Part shown: positions 25,185 through 36,797 of the stretch, piece by piece
Position numbering within the stretch: the first letter of the stretch is position 1
Layout of the letters: each line of letters begins with the position of its first letter
NCBI GenBank assembly: GCA_951406725.2
Contig: OX597835.1
Span: 22,134,001-22,198,000, forward strand
Direction of reading: 5' to 3'
DNA from: Octopus vulgaris
Taxonomy: Eukaryota
Length of the DNA: 64,000 nt
Notes under the pieces: model-generated
The model's database searches: none
Told to the model about the DNA's origin: nothing
What the model saw: only the letters and a program-made list of their open reading frames with translations
Made by a program: the position numbers and the translations under genes

Positions 25185-26080
25185 TACCTATTTCTTTACT
25201 ACCCACAAGGGGCTAAACACAGAGGGGACAAATAAGGACAAACGGGTTAAGTCGATTATATCGACCCCAGTGCGTAACTGGTACTTATTTAATCGAGCCC
25301 TAAATGATGAAGCGCGAGCCCTAAATGATGAAGCGCAAAGTCAACCTCGGTGGAATTTGAACTCAGAATGTAGCGGCGGACGAAGTACCTATTTGTTTAC
25401 TACCTACAAGGGGCTAAACACAGAGGGGACAAACAAGGACAGACAAACGGGTTAAGTCGATTATATCGACCCCAGCGCGTAACTGGTACTTATTTTATCG
25501 ACCCGGAAAGGATGAAGCGCAAAATCGACCTCGGTGGAATTTGAACTCAGAACGTAGCGGCGGACGAAATACCTATTTCTTTACTACCCACAAGGGGCTA
25601 AACACAGAGGGGGACAAACGACTCCAGTGCGTAACTGGTACTTATTTAATCGAACCCCGAAAGGGTGAAAGGCAAAGTCAACCTCGGTGGAATTTGAACT
25701 CAGAACGTAGCGGCGGACGAAATACCTATTTCTTTACCACCCACAAGGGGCTAAACACAGAGGGGGACAAACGACCCCAGTGCGTAACTGGTACTTATTT
25801 AATCGACCCCGAAAGGATGAAAGGCAAAGTCGACCTCGGTGGAATTTGAACTCAGAACGTAGCGGCGGACAAAATACCTATTTCTTTACTACCCACAAGG
25901 GGCTAAACACAGAGAGGAACAAACGACCCCAGTCCAGTGTGTAACTGGTACTTATTTAATCGACCCCCGAAAGGATGAAAGGCAAAGTCGACCTCGGCGG
26001 AATTTGAACGCAGAACGTAACGGCAGACGAAATGTGGCTACGCGTTTCGCCCGGCGTGCTAACGTTTCTACCAGCTCACC
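25185..26080 (-). repeat. Head-to-tail array of about five family-B units
   Basis: Junction (a/g)taccTATTT(C/G)TTTAC recurs at ~25185, 25385, 25568, 25721 and 25873, with a single head at ~26078. Confidence 0.9.
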
Positions 26081-26545
26081 GCTACCGGTGCCCTGTCAAG
26101 TGGTTAGTGTTAGGAAGGGCAACCAGCCATGGAAACCAAGCAGAAACAGAGTGGAGCCTGAATGCAGCTCTCCTGCTTACCAATTCCAGTCAAACCGTCT
26201 AACCCATGCCAGCATAGAAAACAGGCGTTAGATGATCACACATGCGTATTTACATAACTGACACTCCGTCGCTTACGACGATGAGGGTTCAGGTTGATTT
26301 GATCAGCTTTGCTTCTCAGGGAGATTTAGCGTGACACAGAATGTGATAAAGCTGGCCCCTTTCAATTACAGGTACAAGCTCATTGTTACCAGCTGAGTGG
26401 ACTGGGACAAGGGGAAATAAAGTGTCTTGCTCAAGGACACAACACGGCCTCCTGGAATTGAATTCGCAACCATATGATCATGAGCCATATACTCTAACCA
26501 TTAAGCCACGCGCCTTCACTCACAAACACACACACACAAATATAT

Positions 26546-26593
<48 letters not shown>

Positions 26594-26817
26594 GCACACG
26601 TATGAGTGTGTTTATAGTCATATGTGCATATATATATATGCATCATCATCATCATCATCATCGTTTAACGTCCGCTTTCCATGCTAGCATGGGTTGGACG
26701 GTTCAACTGGGGTCTGGGAAGCCCGAAGGCTGCACCAGGCCAGTCAGATGTGGCAGTGTTTCTACAGCTGGATGCCCTTCCTAACGCCAACCACTCCGAG
26801 AGTGTAGTGGGTGATTT

Positions 26818-27135
26818 TATGTGCCACCGACACAGGTGCCAGACGAGGCTGGCAAACGGCCACGCTCGGATGGTGTTTTTTATGTGCCACCGACACAGGT
26901 GCCAGACGAGGCTGGCAGACGGCCACGCTCGGATGGTGTTTTTTTATGTGCCACCGACACAGGTGCCAGACGAGGCTGGCAGACGGCCACGCTCGGATGG
27001 TGTTTTTTATGTGCCACCGACACAGGTGCCAGACGAGGCTGGCAGACGGCCACGCTCGGATGGTGTTTTCTTATGTGTCACCGACACAGGTGCTAGACGA
27101 GGCTGGCGGACGGCCACGCTCGGATGGTGTTTGTT
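26818..27135. repeat. Five ~63-bp tandem units in the RTE 3' UTR
   Basis: Unit tatgtgccaccgacacaggtgccagacgaggctggcagacggccacgctcggatggtgttttt at ~26818, 26881, 26945, 27008 and 27072. Confidence 0.95.
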
Positions 27136-27393
27136 ACGTGCCCTCAGCACGGAGGCCAGTCATTGCGGTACTGGCTACGGTCACGTTCGGATGGTTTTCT
27201 TATGTGCCACCGGCACTGGTTTCCACAAGGATACAAATTCCATTGATGTTCATCTATTTTGATTTGGTTCGATTTGATTTGATACGATTCGATTCTCACT
27301 TGCCTCAACAGGTCTTCACAAGTGTCACAAGAAGGAAGGTATGCACAGGTGGACTGACTACGTCCCAGGTAGGGGCCACGGATTATGGCTTCA

Positions 27394-29759
27394 CTAGTCT
27401 TGCCGGGTCTTCTCACGCACAGCATACTTCCATAGGTCTCGGTCTCTAGTCATTTCCATGGTGAGACCTAACGTCCGAAGGTCGTGCTTCACCACCTCGT
27501 CCCAGGTTTTCCTGGGTCTACCTCTTCCACGGGTTCCCTCAACTGCTAGGGATTGGCACTTTCTCACACACCTCTCTTCATCCATTCTCGCCACATGACC
27601 ATACCAGCGCAATCGTCTCTCTTGCACACAACAACTGATGCTTCTTAGGTACAACATTTCTCTCAAGGTACTAATGCTCTGTCGAGTAAGTACACTGACA
27701 TTACACATCCATCGGAGCATACTGGCTTCGTTCCTCACGAGCTTACGCATGTCCTCAGCAGTCACGGCCCATGTTTCACTGCCATGTAGCATAGCTGTTC
27801 GTACACATGCATCATACAGTCTGCCTTTTACTCTGAGCGAGAGGCCTTTAGTCACCAGCAGAGGTAAGAGCTCCCTAAACTTTGCCCAGGCTATTCTTAT
27901 TCTAGCAGTTACACTTTCAGCGCACCCACCCCCACTACTGACTTGGTCACCTAGATAGCGGAAACTATCAACTACTTCTAGTTTTTCCCCCGGAAAGTGA
28001 CAGAAGTTGTTTTCTGCAGATTTTCGGAGGTCAGTGCTCCAGAGCACCTGCCACATACAAAAACTATCTTCCCAGTTAGCCTACCTTTGACATTGCTGCA
28101 CCTCTTATGTGTCCATAGCTTACACTGGGTACATCTTATAGAGTTTCTACCTACACCTTTTCTACAGATCGAGCAGGGCCATCTTCCTGATGATATTTGT
28201 GGGTTTTCTACCTTTCTACTTATTAGTACTTTGGTTTTAGCTAGGTTGACTCTAAGGCCCCTCGATTCTAAACCCTCCTTCCACACCTGGAACTTCTCCT
28301 CCAGTTCTGATAGTGACTCAGCGATTAGAGCGAGGTCGTCAGCATAGAGGAGCTCCCAGGGGCAACCTGTCTTGAATTCCTCCGTTATTGCCTGGAGGAC
28401 TATGATAAATAGGAGGGGGCTGAGTACTGAACCCTGGTGGACCCCAACCTCTACTTTGAATTCTTCTGTGTACATGTTGCCAACTCTAACCTTACTTACG
28501 GCATCTCTGTACATGGCTTGCACAGCCCTCACCAGCCATTCATCTATCCCTAGTTTCCTCATTGACCACCAGATGAGGGATCGGGGGACCCTATCAAAGG
28601 CTTTCTCCATGTCAACAAAAGCCAGGTACAGGGGCTTATCCTTGGCTAGGTATTTCTCCTGCAGCTGCCTTACCAGGAATATAGCATCAGTGGTGCTTTT
28701 CCCTGGGACAAACCCAAACTGCATCTCATCTAAACTAACTCTCTCTCTAATTAGTTGGGCTAAGACCCTCTCCGTAACCTTCATTACCTGATCCAACAGC
28801 TTGATACCTCTGTAATTATTTGTATCCAGGGCATCACCTTTACCTTTGTAGCAGTTGACTAGTATGCTGCTACACCAGTCATTGGGTATGACTCCTTCGT
28901 GTATCACCTGGTTGACTATACGGGTGACTAGGTTATAGCCGACACTGCCAGATATTTTGAGCATCTCTGCAGTAATTCCTGATGGGCCTGGGGCTTTCCC
29001 TGTCTTCATGCTTCTAATTGCCTTAGCTACCACGGAACTATCAACTCGGATAGCTGGTCCCTCTGTTGGGTCAACATTTGGCAGACTCTCTTTATCCCAT
29101 TCATTTTCTTTATTCAGCAAACTTTCATAGTGGCATCTCCAAACCTCTCTCTTTGCATCCTCATTTAGCGCAAGTGAACCATCATCCATGCGAACACACT
29201 TCTCTCCTACCACATCACGATTCTCTCTCACACACTGTCTTGCAACACGAAATACCTCAAGTCTTTCATCCTCACGGCTCAGAACATTGGCAAATTTTTT
29301 CTTATCCGCTTCCCCTCTGGCTATATAAACCTGTCTCCTAGCTTCCCTTTTGGCTGTCTGATACAATTCCCTGCTACCACCGTTCTTCCAGTCCTTCCAA
29401 GCCTGTCTCTTTTGTCTAATAGCCCCGTCAACCACCGTGTTCCACCACCATGTTACTCTGGGTCGAGATGGTACTTTGCTCCATCCACAGATCTGGTCAG
29501 TGGCTGTCAGCAGATTGTCCCGTAGGAATCTCCAGTTGTCTTCCACATTAAGTGAAGCTATATCCCCTTCTATTTCGTCAGAGGCTTCGAGTAGTATGTC
29601 TCTAAATCTCTGTGCATTTGCAGGATCTTTAAGCTTCCAGACCCTTCTCCTCCAAGCTGGTCTTCTTCTGGGCGACCATTTAGCTCTGATCCTGAAGTCG
29701 CTAACTACTAATCTATGTTGGGGAGTACATTCTTCGCCTGGGAAGGTTTTGGCATTTAT
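27394..29759 (-). pseudogene. RTE ORF remnant (~790 codons, single frameshift near 27990)
   Basis: ORF-track entries 27978..29885 and 27394..28056 join at a G/A run. The predicted N-terminal extension beyond 29760 is (TA)n microsatellite. Confidence 0.92.
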
Positions 29760-29779
29760 ATATATATAAAGGTTTTGGC

Positions 29780-30126
29780 ATATATATATATATACATATA
29801 TGCATACACATATATATGCATATATATATATAGTCATACATATATATATGCATACACATATATATGCATATATATATATAGTCATACATATATATATGCA
29901 TACATATATTTATGCATATATCTATATATATCTATATATATATATATATATATATACATTATATATATATATATATATACATGTATTTATATATACATAT
30001 GCGTATATATACATATATACACATGCGTATATATACACATGTATATATATATACATGCATATATATATATACATGCATATATATATATATATATTGCATA
30101 TGTGTATATATATATTTGCATATGTG

Positions 30127-30191
<65 letters not shown>

Positions 30192-30702
30192 GCGCGCGCG
30201 CGCATTTATGTGTGTAGATATATATATAGTGGAGGGAAAGAGCTACGTGCGTGAATATGGAAGCAAATTTCATACAGCCATAAAAAAAAAAATTGTCCAT
30301 CTCGTCCTGTCGTGACCTTCTACTCAACTAATAACTTCCACTTAGAATGAATCGCTGAGGACGGTGAATGGTTATCTGTTCTGCTGATTTTTTTTTTACT
30401 ACTTAACGTCGGTGGTTCACACACACACACACAGATATGCTGTGCATATATATATATATATATACATATACATGCTGATACAATCTACATGTCGTCCCCA
30501 CCTATTCCTGTAGCTAGCCCACGTACATTCATAGCTCGTATTACTATCTATGTAATACACACACTGACTAATATATATATACACGGATTGATACTAAATA
30601 TAAACTGAAGCGTTGTTTATTTACCAGAGCCAGATAACCTTCAACAGTTATGTGGCATATCTATCATATGCCTGTCTATCCGTATATCTATTTAACTGAC
30701 TG

Positions 30703-30777
<75 letters not shown>

Positions 30778-30874
30778 GTGTATCTATCTATCTATCTTTC
30801 TGTGTCTCTATCTATCTATCTATCTATCTTTCTGTGTCTCTATCTATCTATCTATTTATCTATCTATTTGTCTG

Positions 30875-30953
<79 letters not shown>

Positions 30954-31952
30954 GTGTCTCTATCTATCTCCATTCATCTATCCATCCATCAATTTATCTG
31001 TCAGCTTCTAGCTGTCTATTTGTCTGTCCATCCATCTATCCGTCTCCGTGGAAACCTCTACGTGATCGTTCGACCTGTTAGAAATAGCAATTAAGTCTTC
31101 CTTAAATCACACTCACCTGTTTTTAAAACAGGAAATAAAAAGACAAGGCCATTTGATGATAGAGATCTCAACACGAGCTAGTCATGCCGTAATGTTTTTG
31201 ACCATAGAGCTGCTATATTTAAGCACAGCTGGCCCACGATGAATTATCACCATTGCCATCCTAACTACTTCTTCACGCACTCACACACGTATATGTGAAG
31301 GAGGGGTGTTGTTAAGACGGCAGGATTACACATGGCAAGTGCTAACTGCCACAGCAAATTCAATATTTCAGCTTATACATACACACCCACATTTTCAATA
31401 TAAAAAGAAATCAATCAAGTCCCACTAATGGTTGCAGATCAATCCAATCCCCATTTTCTAACCCAACTTTATTTTTATCCCATCAACGAAATCTCACTTC
31501 ATTTCCGTTCTGTCGTCCTATATCGTTCGACTCCTTTCTTCTCCTTTTTTTTTTTCCCTCGCCTTTTCAGTCAGTCATGATTTTTTTTTGAGGATGTCTT
31601 CGTTTCTGACATCACTTGCCTTTAACCTTCTCACAATGAGAACATCGAGGTTTATATTTAGAATTTTCCTGTTTTTTTCTTCTCTTTTCTTTTAAATATC
31701 TATCTCGTCATGAAATAAGCCCAATTACGCTCTGGGAAAATTGTCAGACTAAAATTGAATAAAATAAATTAAATAACGGTGAATACACACGTACTTGTGT
31801 GTGCGACGAACAATAATTAATAATAATAACGTAATATAGAATGTCATATGTGGTACGTGACTTTTGGCCACCTTGTAGATTTCTCTTTTCTACATACAGC
31901 TATATATATATTTATATACATACGTTTGTGTACTTGTGTGTGTGTATGTATG

Positions 31953-31997
<45 letters not shown>

Positions 31998-32009
31998 GCA
32001 CACACAAGT

Positions 32010-32065
<56 letters not shown>

Positions 32066-32077
32066 GCACACACAAGT

Positions 32078-32132
<55 letters not shown>

Positions 32133-32140
32133 TATAGGTG

Positions 32141-32173
<33 letters not shown>

Positions 32174-32188
32174 CACGCACACACAAGT

Positions 32189-32231
<43 letters not shown>

Positions 32232-33108
32232 TATATATGTATATATATATATATATGTAATATATTATGTAAAACGTGTATAAAATACCTACATTTATGT
32301 TATATAAAATGCATATAATACGCGTTATGTGTGTATAATTATCTGTTCTGAGTAGTTTACACATTTAATATACTACAACCGACATAATTTGTGTGTGTGT
32401 GTGTGTGTGTGCACCTGAACACTATACAACAGTTTCTTTCATATTTCGTATTCTATATATATATACATTACTAGGCTCTTCTTACTGGGAGAAGGTTAAA
32501 ACACATTTGTCAAGAACATGCCTGAAGAACGAACACAACACAACACACACATTCTGAAGTCTTTTAGTTGTTTATTTTAATGTTTTTAAGAATTCCAACA
32601 CTTTCTGCTGCTGCTTCTCTCTCTCTCTTCTTCCGTCACTTCACTCGTGTCTGTTCTATCTTGTACTCTGCGACCCTCTCTCAGCTTCCATTCGTCTTTC
32701 CCACATCATCATCAGTCCACCGACCTACAAACCAACCATCCTATTTCGAGCTCGCTTCTCTTTTCCATCTCTTCCTTCCTACCTTCCTTCCTTCCTTTCT
32801 TCCTTCCTTTCTTCTTCTTCTTCCATTTCTTCTTCTTCTTCTTCTTCTTCTTCTTCTTCTTCTTCCCCTTCTTCTTCTTTTTCTTCTTCTTCTTCCCTTT
32901 CTTCTTCTTCTTTTTCTTCTTCTTCTTCCCTTTCTTCTTCCTCTTCTGCTTCTTCTTCCTCTTCTGCTTCTTCCCTTCTTCCTCTTCTTTCCCTTCTTCT
33001 GCTTCTTCTTCTTTCCCTTCTTCTGCTTCTTCTTCTTCTTGTTCTTTTTCTTCCCCTTCTTCTTCTTCTTCTTCTTCTTCTTCTTCTTCTTCTTCTTCTT
33101 CTTCTTCT
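29780..33108. repeat. Microsatellite cluster: (TA)n 29780-30190, (TCTA)n 30700-30970, (TA/CA)n 31935-32260, (CTT)n 32770-33108
   Basis: Direct reading of low-complexity tracts. Confidence 0.95.
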
Positions 33109-35732
33109 CATGTGTGAATGAAACGTCTATTCTACTTTCGACATTGTCCCCATGGTCCGATGTATGGACCACGGAGAGAAACCGTACCCGCTTTGTGAAG
33201 GGTACCTCGATTAATCCCATGTCATGTCACCCCTCTTCTCTGTAGGGATGCTTTGCCTTTCATCCTTTCGGGGTCGATAAATAAAGTAGCAGTTTCGCTG
33301 TGGGGGTCGATGTAATCGACTTAATCCCTTTGTCTGTCCTTGTTTGTCTCCTCTATGTTTAGCCCCGTGTGGGCGGTAAAGAAATATATATCGTGTGTTC
33401 TAATAATTTTCCCCCATTCATTCGTTTCCTATGTAACGTTTTCATAATATTTTTTTTTCGTAATTCTTCCTTTTAAACTTGTAACACAGGACATATTTCC
33501 CTTGCTTCACACACCCACAAACAGATAGATAGATGGTACACATTACCATTTGTTTTTCAACCACGGGAGTATTTTGGAATGCATAAAAGGAAAAGCTTTA
33601 TTAAATTAACTCAGAACGTGTGAAAAAAGAGCTAATAAAAAAAATCTGTAAACAAAGTTTGGACGTTTAAGGACAAACTTATGAAAATACTTTAGACCGA
33701 CAAAAAGGTCGACTAATATATCTCCATTTGAGACGAAACAATTATTGTCATCATTACTACACTCTTTACTACGTTCTTAGTTCAAATCCTGCCGAGGTAC
33801 TTTTTGCCATTTCATTCTCCCGGGGGCGAGATAAAAATTACATAAGCCAACAAACAACTGGGGTAGGGGTAGATTGCGTCGACCTTGGCTTTGTACCATG
33901 CTAGAAACTACTGTTGGACTTGAAAGCGACACACAGAGTACTTGGTTTCGCGACCAGCCACGTCCTGAAATCACTTCTCTTCCAAGTTGACCTTGTTCAA
34001 CCCTTTTTGGATCTAGGAGATAGGGAAGGTCGATAGAATATTATAAATACCATTCTCATTATGTGGTCATCGCAATCGATTCTGTCTCTTTTTATAGAAG
34101 TAAATAATTAAATAACATTCTTAAGGAATAAATCATTACTGATTTGGTTTATTAAGGAGAAAAAAAAAAGATACAGGCGTTACATAATCGCCATTTAAAC
34201 TCACTCCACGCCTAAAACTTTCGGCCTGTCTAAAGAAACGGATCGCTATTTCGATCCCTTTCGTTTTATTTACGTTCTTATAATATATATTATTGATTAA
34301 TATATTTATTAAAATTATTGATTGATAAGAGAAAGCTTGAACATTGCAACTCTAGCTTTATATAATTAACCGTTTGAATGCGGGGGGGAGTCAATAAAGA
34401 AATTTCGACTGCCTTCCATTAATTTTTTTTTGTTCTTCTTGGAATAAAAATGCAAATGTAAATATTTTGCGGTGATGGTGAAAATATTGCACTGAAAATA
34501 TTCAAGTGTGAACAATGTTATAAATATTTCTGTTTTATATACAATCGTTGGTATTGTGCAAAAGTGTCGTAAGTCCAAAACGTTGTTTTTTTTTTTTTTT
34601 TCTTTCAGAAAATGAATAAAAATAGTTTCACAATATTTAATATCTTGGCATCTGAAGCATTTTATTGAAAAAAGAAAAGAAAACGAATTTGGCCAAGTTT
34701 GGACATAGGACAGATTAACATAATAGCAACGATATATTCTTTCATTGGACTGCGGTCATGCTGGGGCACGCCTTGAAGGGTTTTACCCTAACAAATCAAC
34801 CCTAGGACTTTTTTTTAAAGCTTTGATTTTTTTCAATTTCTTTTTGTCGAACCGCTATGTCGCGGGAGACGTAAAGAAACATCGGTTGTCAAGCGGTGGT
34901 TGGGTGAACAATCACAAACACACGCACACAGACACACATACAGTTTCCGCCTACCAAATCCACCCTCAAGGCATCAGTCGGCTCGGGGTTATAATAGAAG
35001 ACACATGCCCAAGGTGTCACATCGTGGGACTGAACCCACGGGCATAATATTGTTGGGAGAAATACAAACTTTTCGATCTTTTCCCGATTTTTTAAAAAAT
35101 TTAACGACCAGCGGTAATTAACACACCGAAAACTCTAATTAAAGTATCTATAATGTTATGAACACGTTAGGAATATTAATTAATTGAAGTAGCAAGGTAG
35201 TTGTCTTTTAGCTTCGATCGGCTGGAAATGAGCTGAAAGCTCGTCCAAGTCGTCCTTCTCATAATTCATCAGTCATTTTATTTCCTCACAGTTGACCTTG
35301 TATTCACTTTAGAGGAAATCGTCATTTGATATTGTTATTGTTGCGTAGCCACACACACCCTTCCTTTCCACTCAGGCCCTCTCTGATCAAATTCGTTCCA
35401 GTTACGACCACTCCTATTTTGTTTTGGTTTTTGTCCTCTCTCTACACAGCAGGATGTAATTTCCATATTTCTGTTTGATCGAGCGACCAGGCAGAGGATT
35501 CGCTTTTGTGAGTGTGCGTGTTTCAGGACAGTGGGCTTACAAATGAGTGAAACCATTTGTAGCCCACTGTAATAATAACGATTTCTTTATCGATTACAAA
35601 AGGGTTTATAGTCAGAAAAAATCATTATGGACGGTACAGGACAAAACATTGAATATGCGTATGTGTTGTGGGTTTTGCGTGTAAACAGTTTTAACGTAAA
35701 AAACAAAATTTTAATGTGCAATCGTCGATAAT

Positions 35733-35956
35733 ACTCTCTTTTACTCTTTTACTTGTTTCAGTCATTTGACTGCGGCCATGCTGGAGCACCGCCTTTAATC
35801 GAGCAACTCGACCCCGGGACTTATTCTTTTAGTACGCCCAGTACTTATTCTATTGATCTCTTTTTGCCGAACCGCTAAGTAACGGGGACATAAACACACC
35901 AGCATCGGTTGTCAAGCAATGCTAGGGGGACAAACACAGACACACTAACACACACA

Positions 35957-36026
<70 letters not shown>

Positions 36027-36180
36027 GACGGGCTTCTTTCAGTTTCCGTCTACCAAATCCACTCACAAGGCTTTGGTCGGCCCGAGGCTATAGTAGAAGA
36101 CACTTGCCCAAGGTGCCACGCAGTGGGACTGAACCCAGAACCATGTGGTTGGTAAACAAGCTACTTACCACACAGCCACT
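35733..36180 (-). mobile_element. SINE family A, full length, CpG-intact
   Basis: Reverse complement of the 4990 copy. Confidence 0.9.
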
Positions 36181-36478
36181 CAATTCTTTCAAATTTTTAG
36201 CACAAGGCCTGCCACTTTACTGCGATAGGGTAATCGATATTACATTCACCCAGTGCTTGACAAGTACTTTGACTTATCGGCCCATTGACGATGAAAGGCA
36301 GAGTTGACCTTGGTGGGACCTGAACTCAGAACATAAAGCCGGAAGAAATGTCATTGAGCATTCTGTCCGGTATACTAAGAATTCTGTCAGCTTACTATCT
36401 TTATAATAATAATAATTTTTTTTTTCTTAAAGAAAGTAAGCCCTTTGTGGTCAATAAAGAAATTATTATTATTATTGC

Positions 36479-36520
<42 letters not shown>

Positions 36521-36601
36521 GGCGTCAAGCTGGCAGAATCGGTAGCACGCCAGACAAAATGCTTAGTGCATTTCGCCCATCCTTAGACATTGAATGGTTA
36601 T

Positions 36602-36797
36602 AATACAGTTCTACTAACCCCAAGATTGCGAGTTCGATTCCAAATAATAATAATAACATAAAAAAATACCTTAGGAATGAGAACCCAGGTTCGAAATTTC
36701 CCCAAGACACCTGATGAAGGCTGGAGGGCATATCAGCCGAAACGTTGTGTTAACAACAATCAAGATGAGGATAAATATCTGTCAAATGTAAATAATG
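36602..36797 (+). mobile_element. Short retroelement: tRNA-like head, (AAT)n, hammerhead-bearing body; 12-bp TSD
   Basis: Flanked by TTGAATGGTTAT (36590-36601 and 36798-36809). B-box GAGTTCGATTCC at ~36630. Related copies at 43253-43442 (-) and 43761-43890 (+). Confidence 0.75.
36706..36751 (+). ncRNA. Minimal type I hammerhead ribozyme motif
   Basis: GACAC CTGATGA A GGCTG gagggcatat CAGCC GAAA C GTT GTGTT: stem I GACAC/GTGTT, stem II GGCTG/CAGCC, palindromic (A)ACGT(T) in place of stem III. Confidence 0.75.

Larger units (their letters stand above)
26641..29760 (-). mobile_element. 5'-truncated RTE-clade LINE with 3' UTR and (GAT)n tail, in ALAD intron 1
   Basis: End of APE domain ([13 protein letters not shown]), RT motifs (KAPGPSGI, NYRGIKLL, QFGFVPGKST, FVDMEKAFDRVP, GVHQGSVLSPLLF, LLYADD, FRYLG), RTE C-terminus (RRLRWYGHVAR, GRGRPRKTW) and tail GCGGACGTTAAAC(GAT)n. 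Confidence 0.97.

Noticed and set aside
26818-27135. CRISPR-like appearance of the 63-bp repeats
   Set aside because: The units are contiguous and near-identical with no unique spacers, there are no cas genes, and the context is a eukaryotic LINE UTR.
26681-27449. Recurrent ORFs such as MLAWVGRFNWGLGSPK..., MPKVPRSGTEP... and MSSNARGTNT...
   Set aside because: These are incidental translations of RTE 3' UTRs and SINE bodies that recur only because the repeats recur.
29760-29885. N-terminal extension [10 protein letters not shown]... of the 635-aa RT ORF
   Set aside because: It is flanking (TA)-rich microsatellite that happens to be in frame; the LINE is 5'-truncated and lacks most of its endonuclease.
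32568-33245. Poly-K/R/E/F/L ORFs
   Set aside because: They arise from a (CTT)n tract read in different frames.
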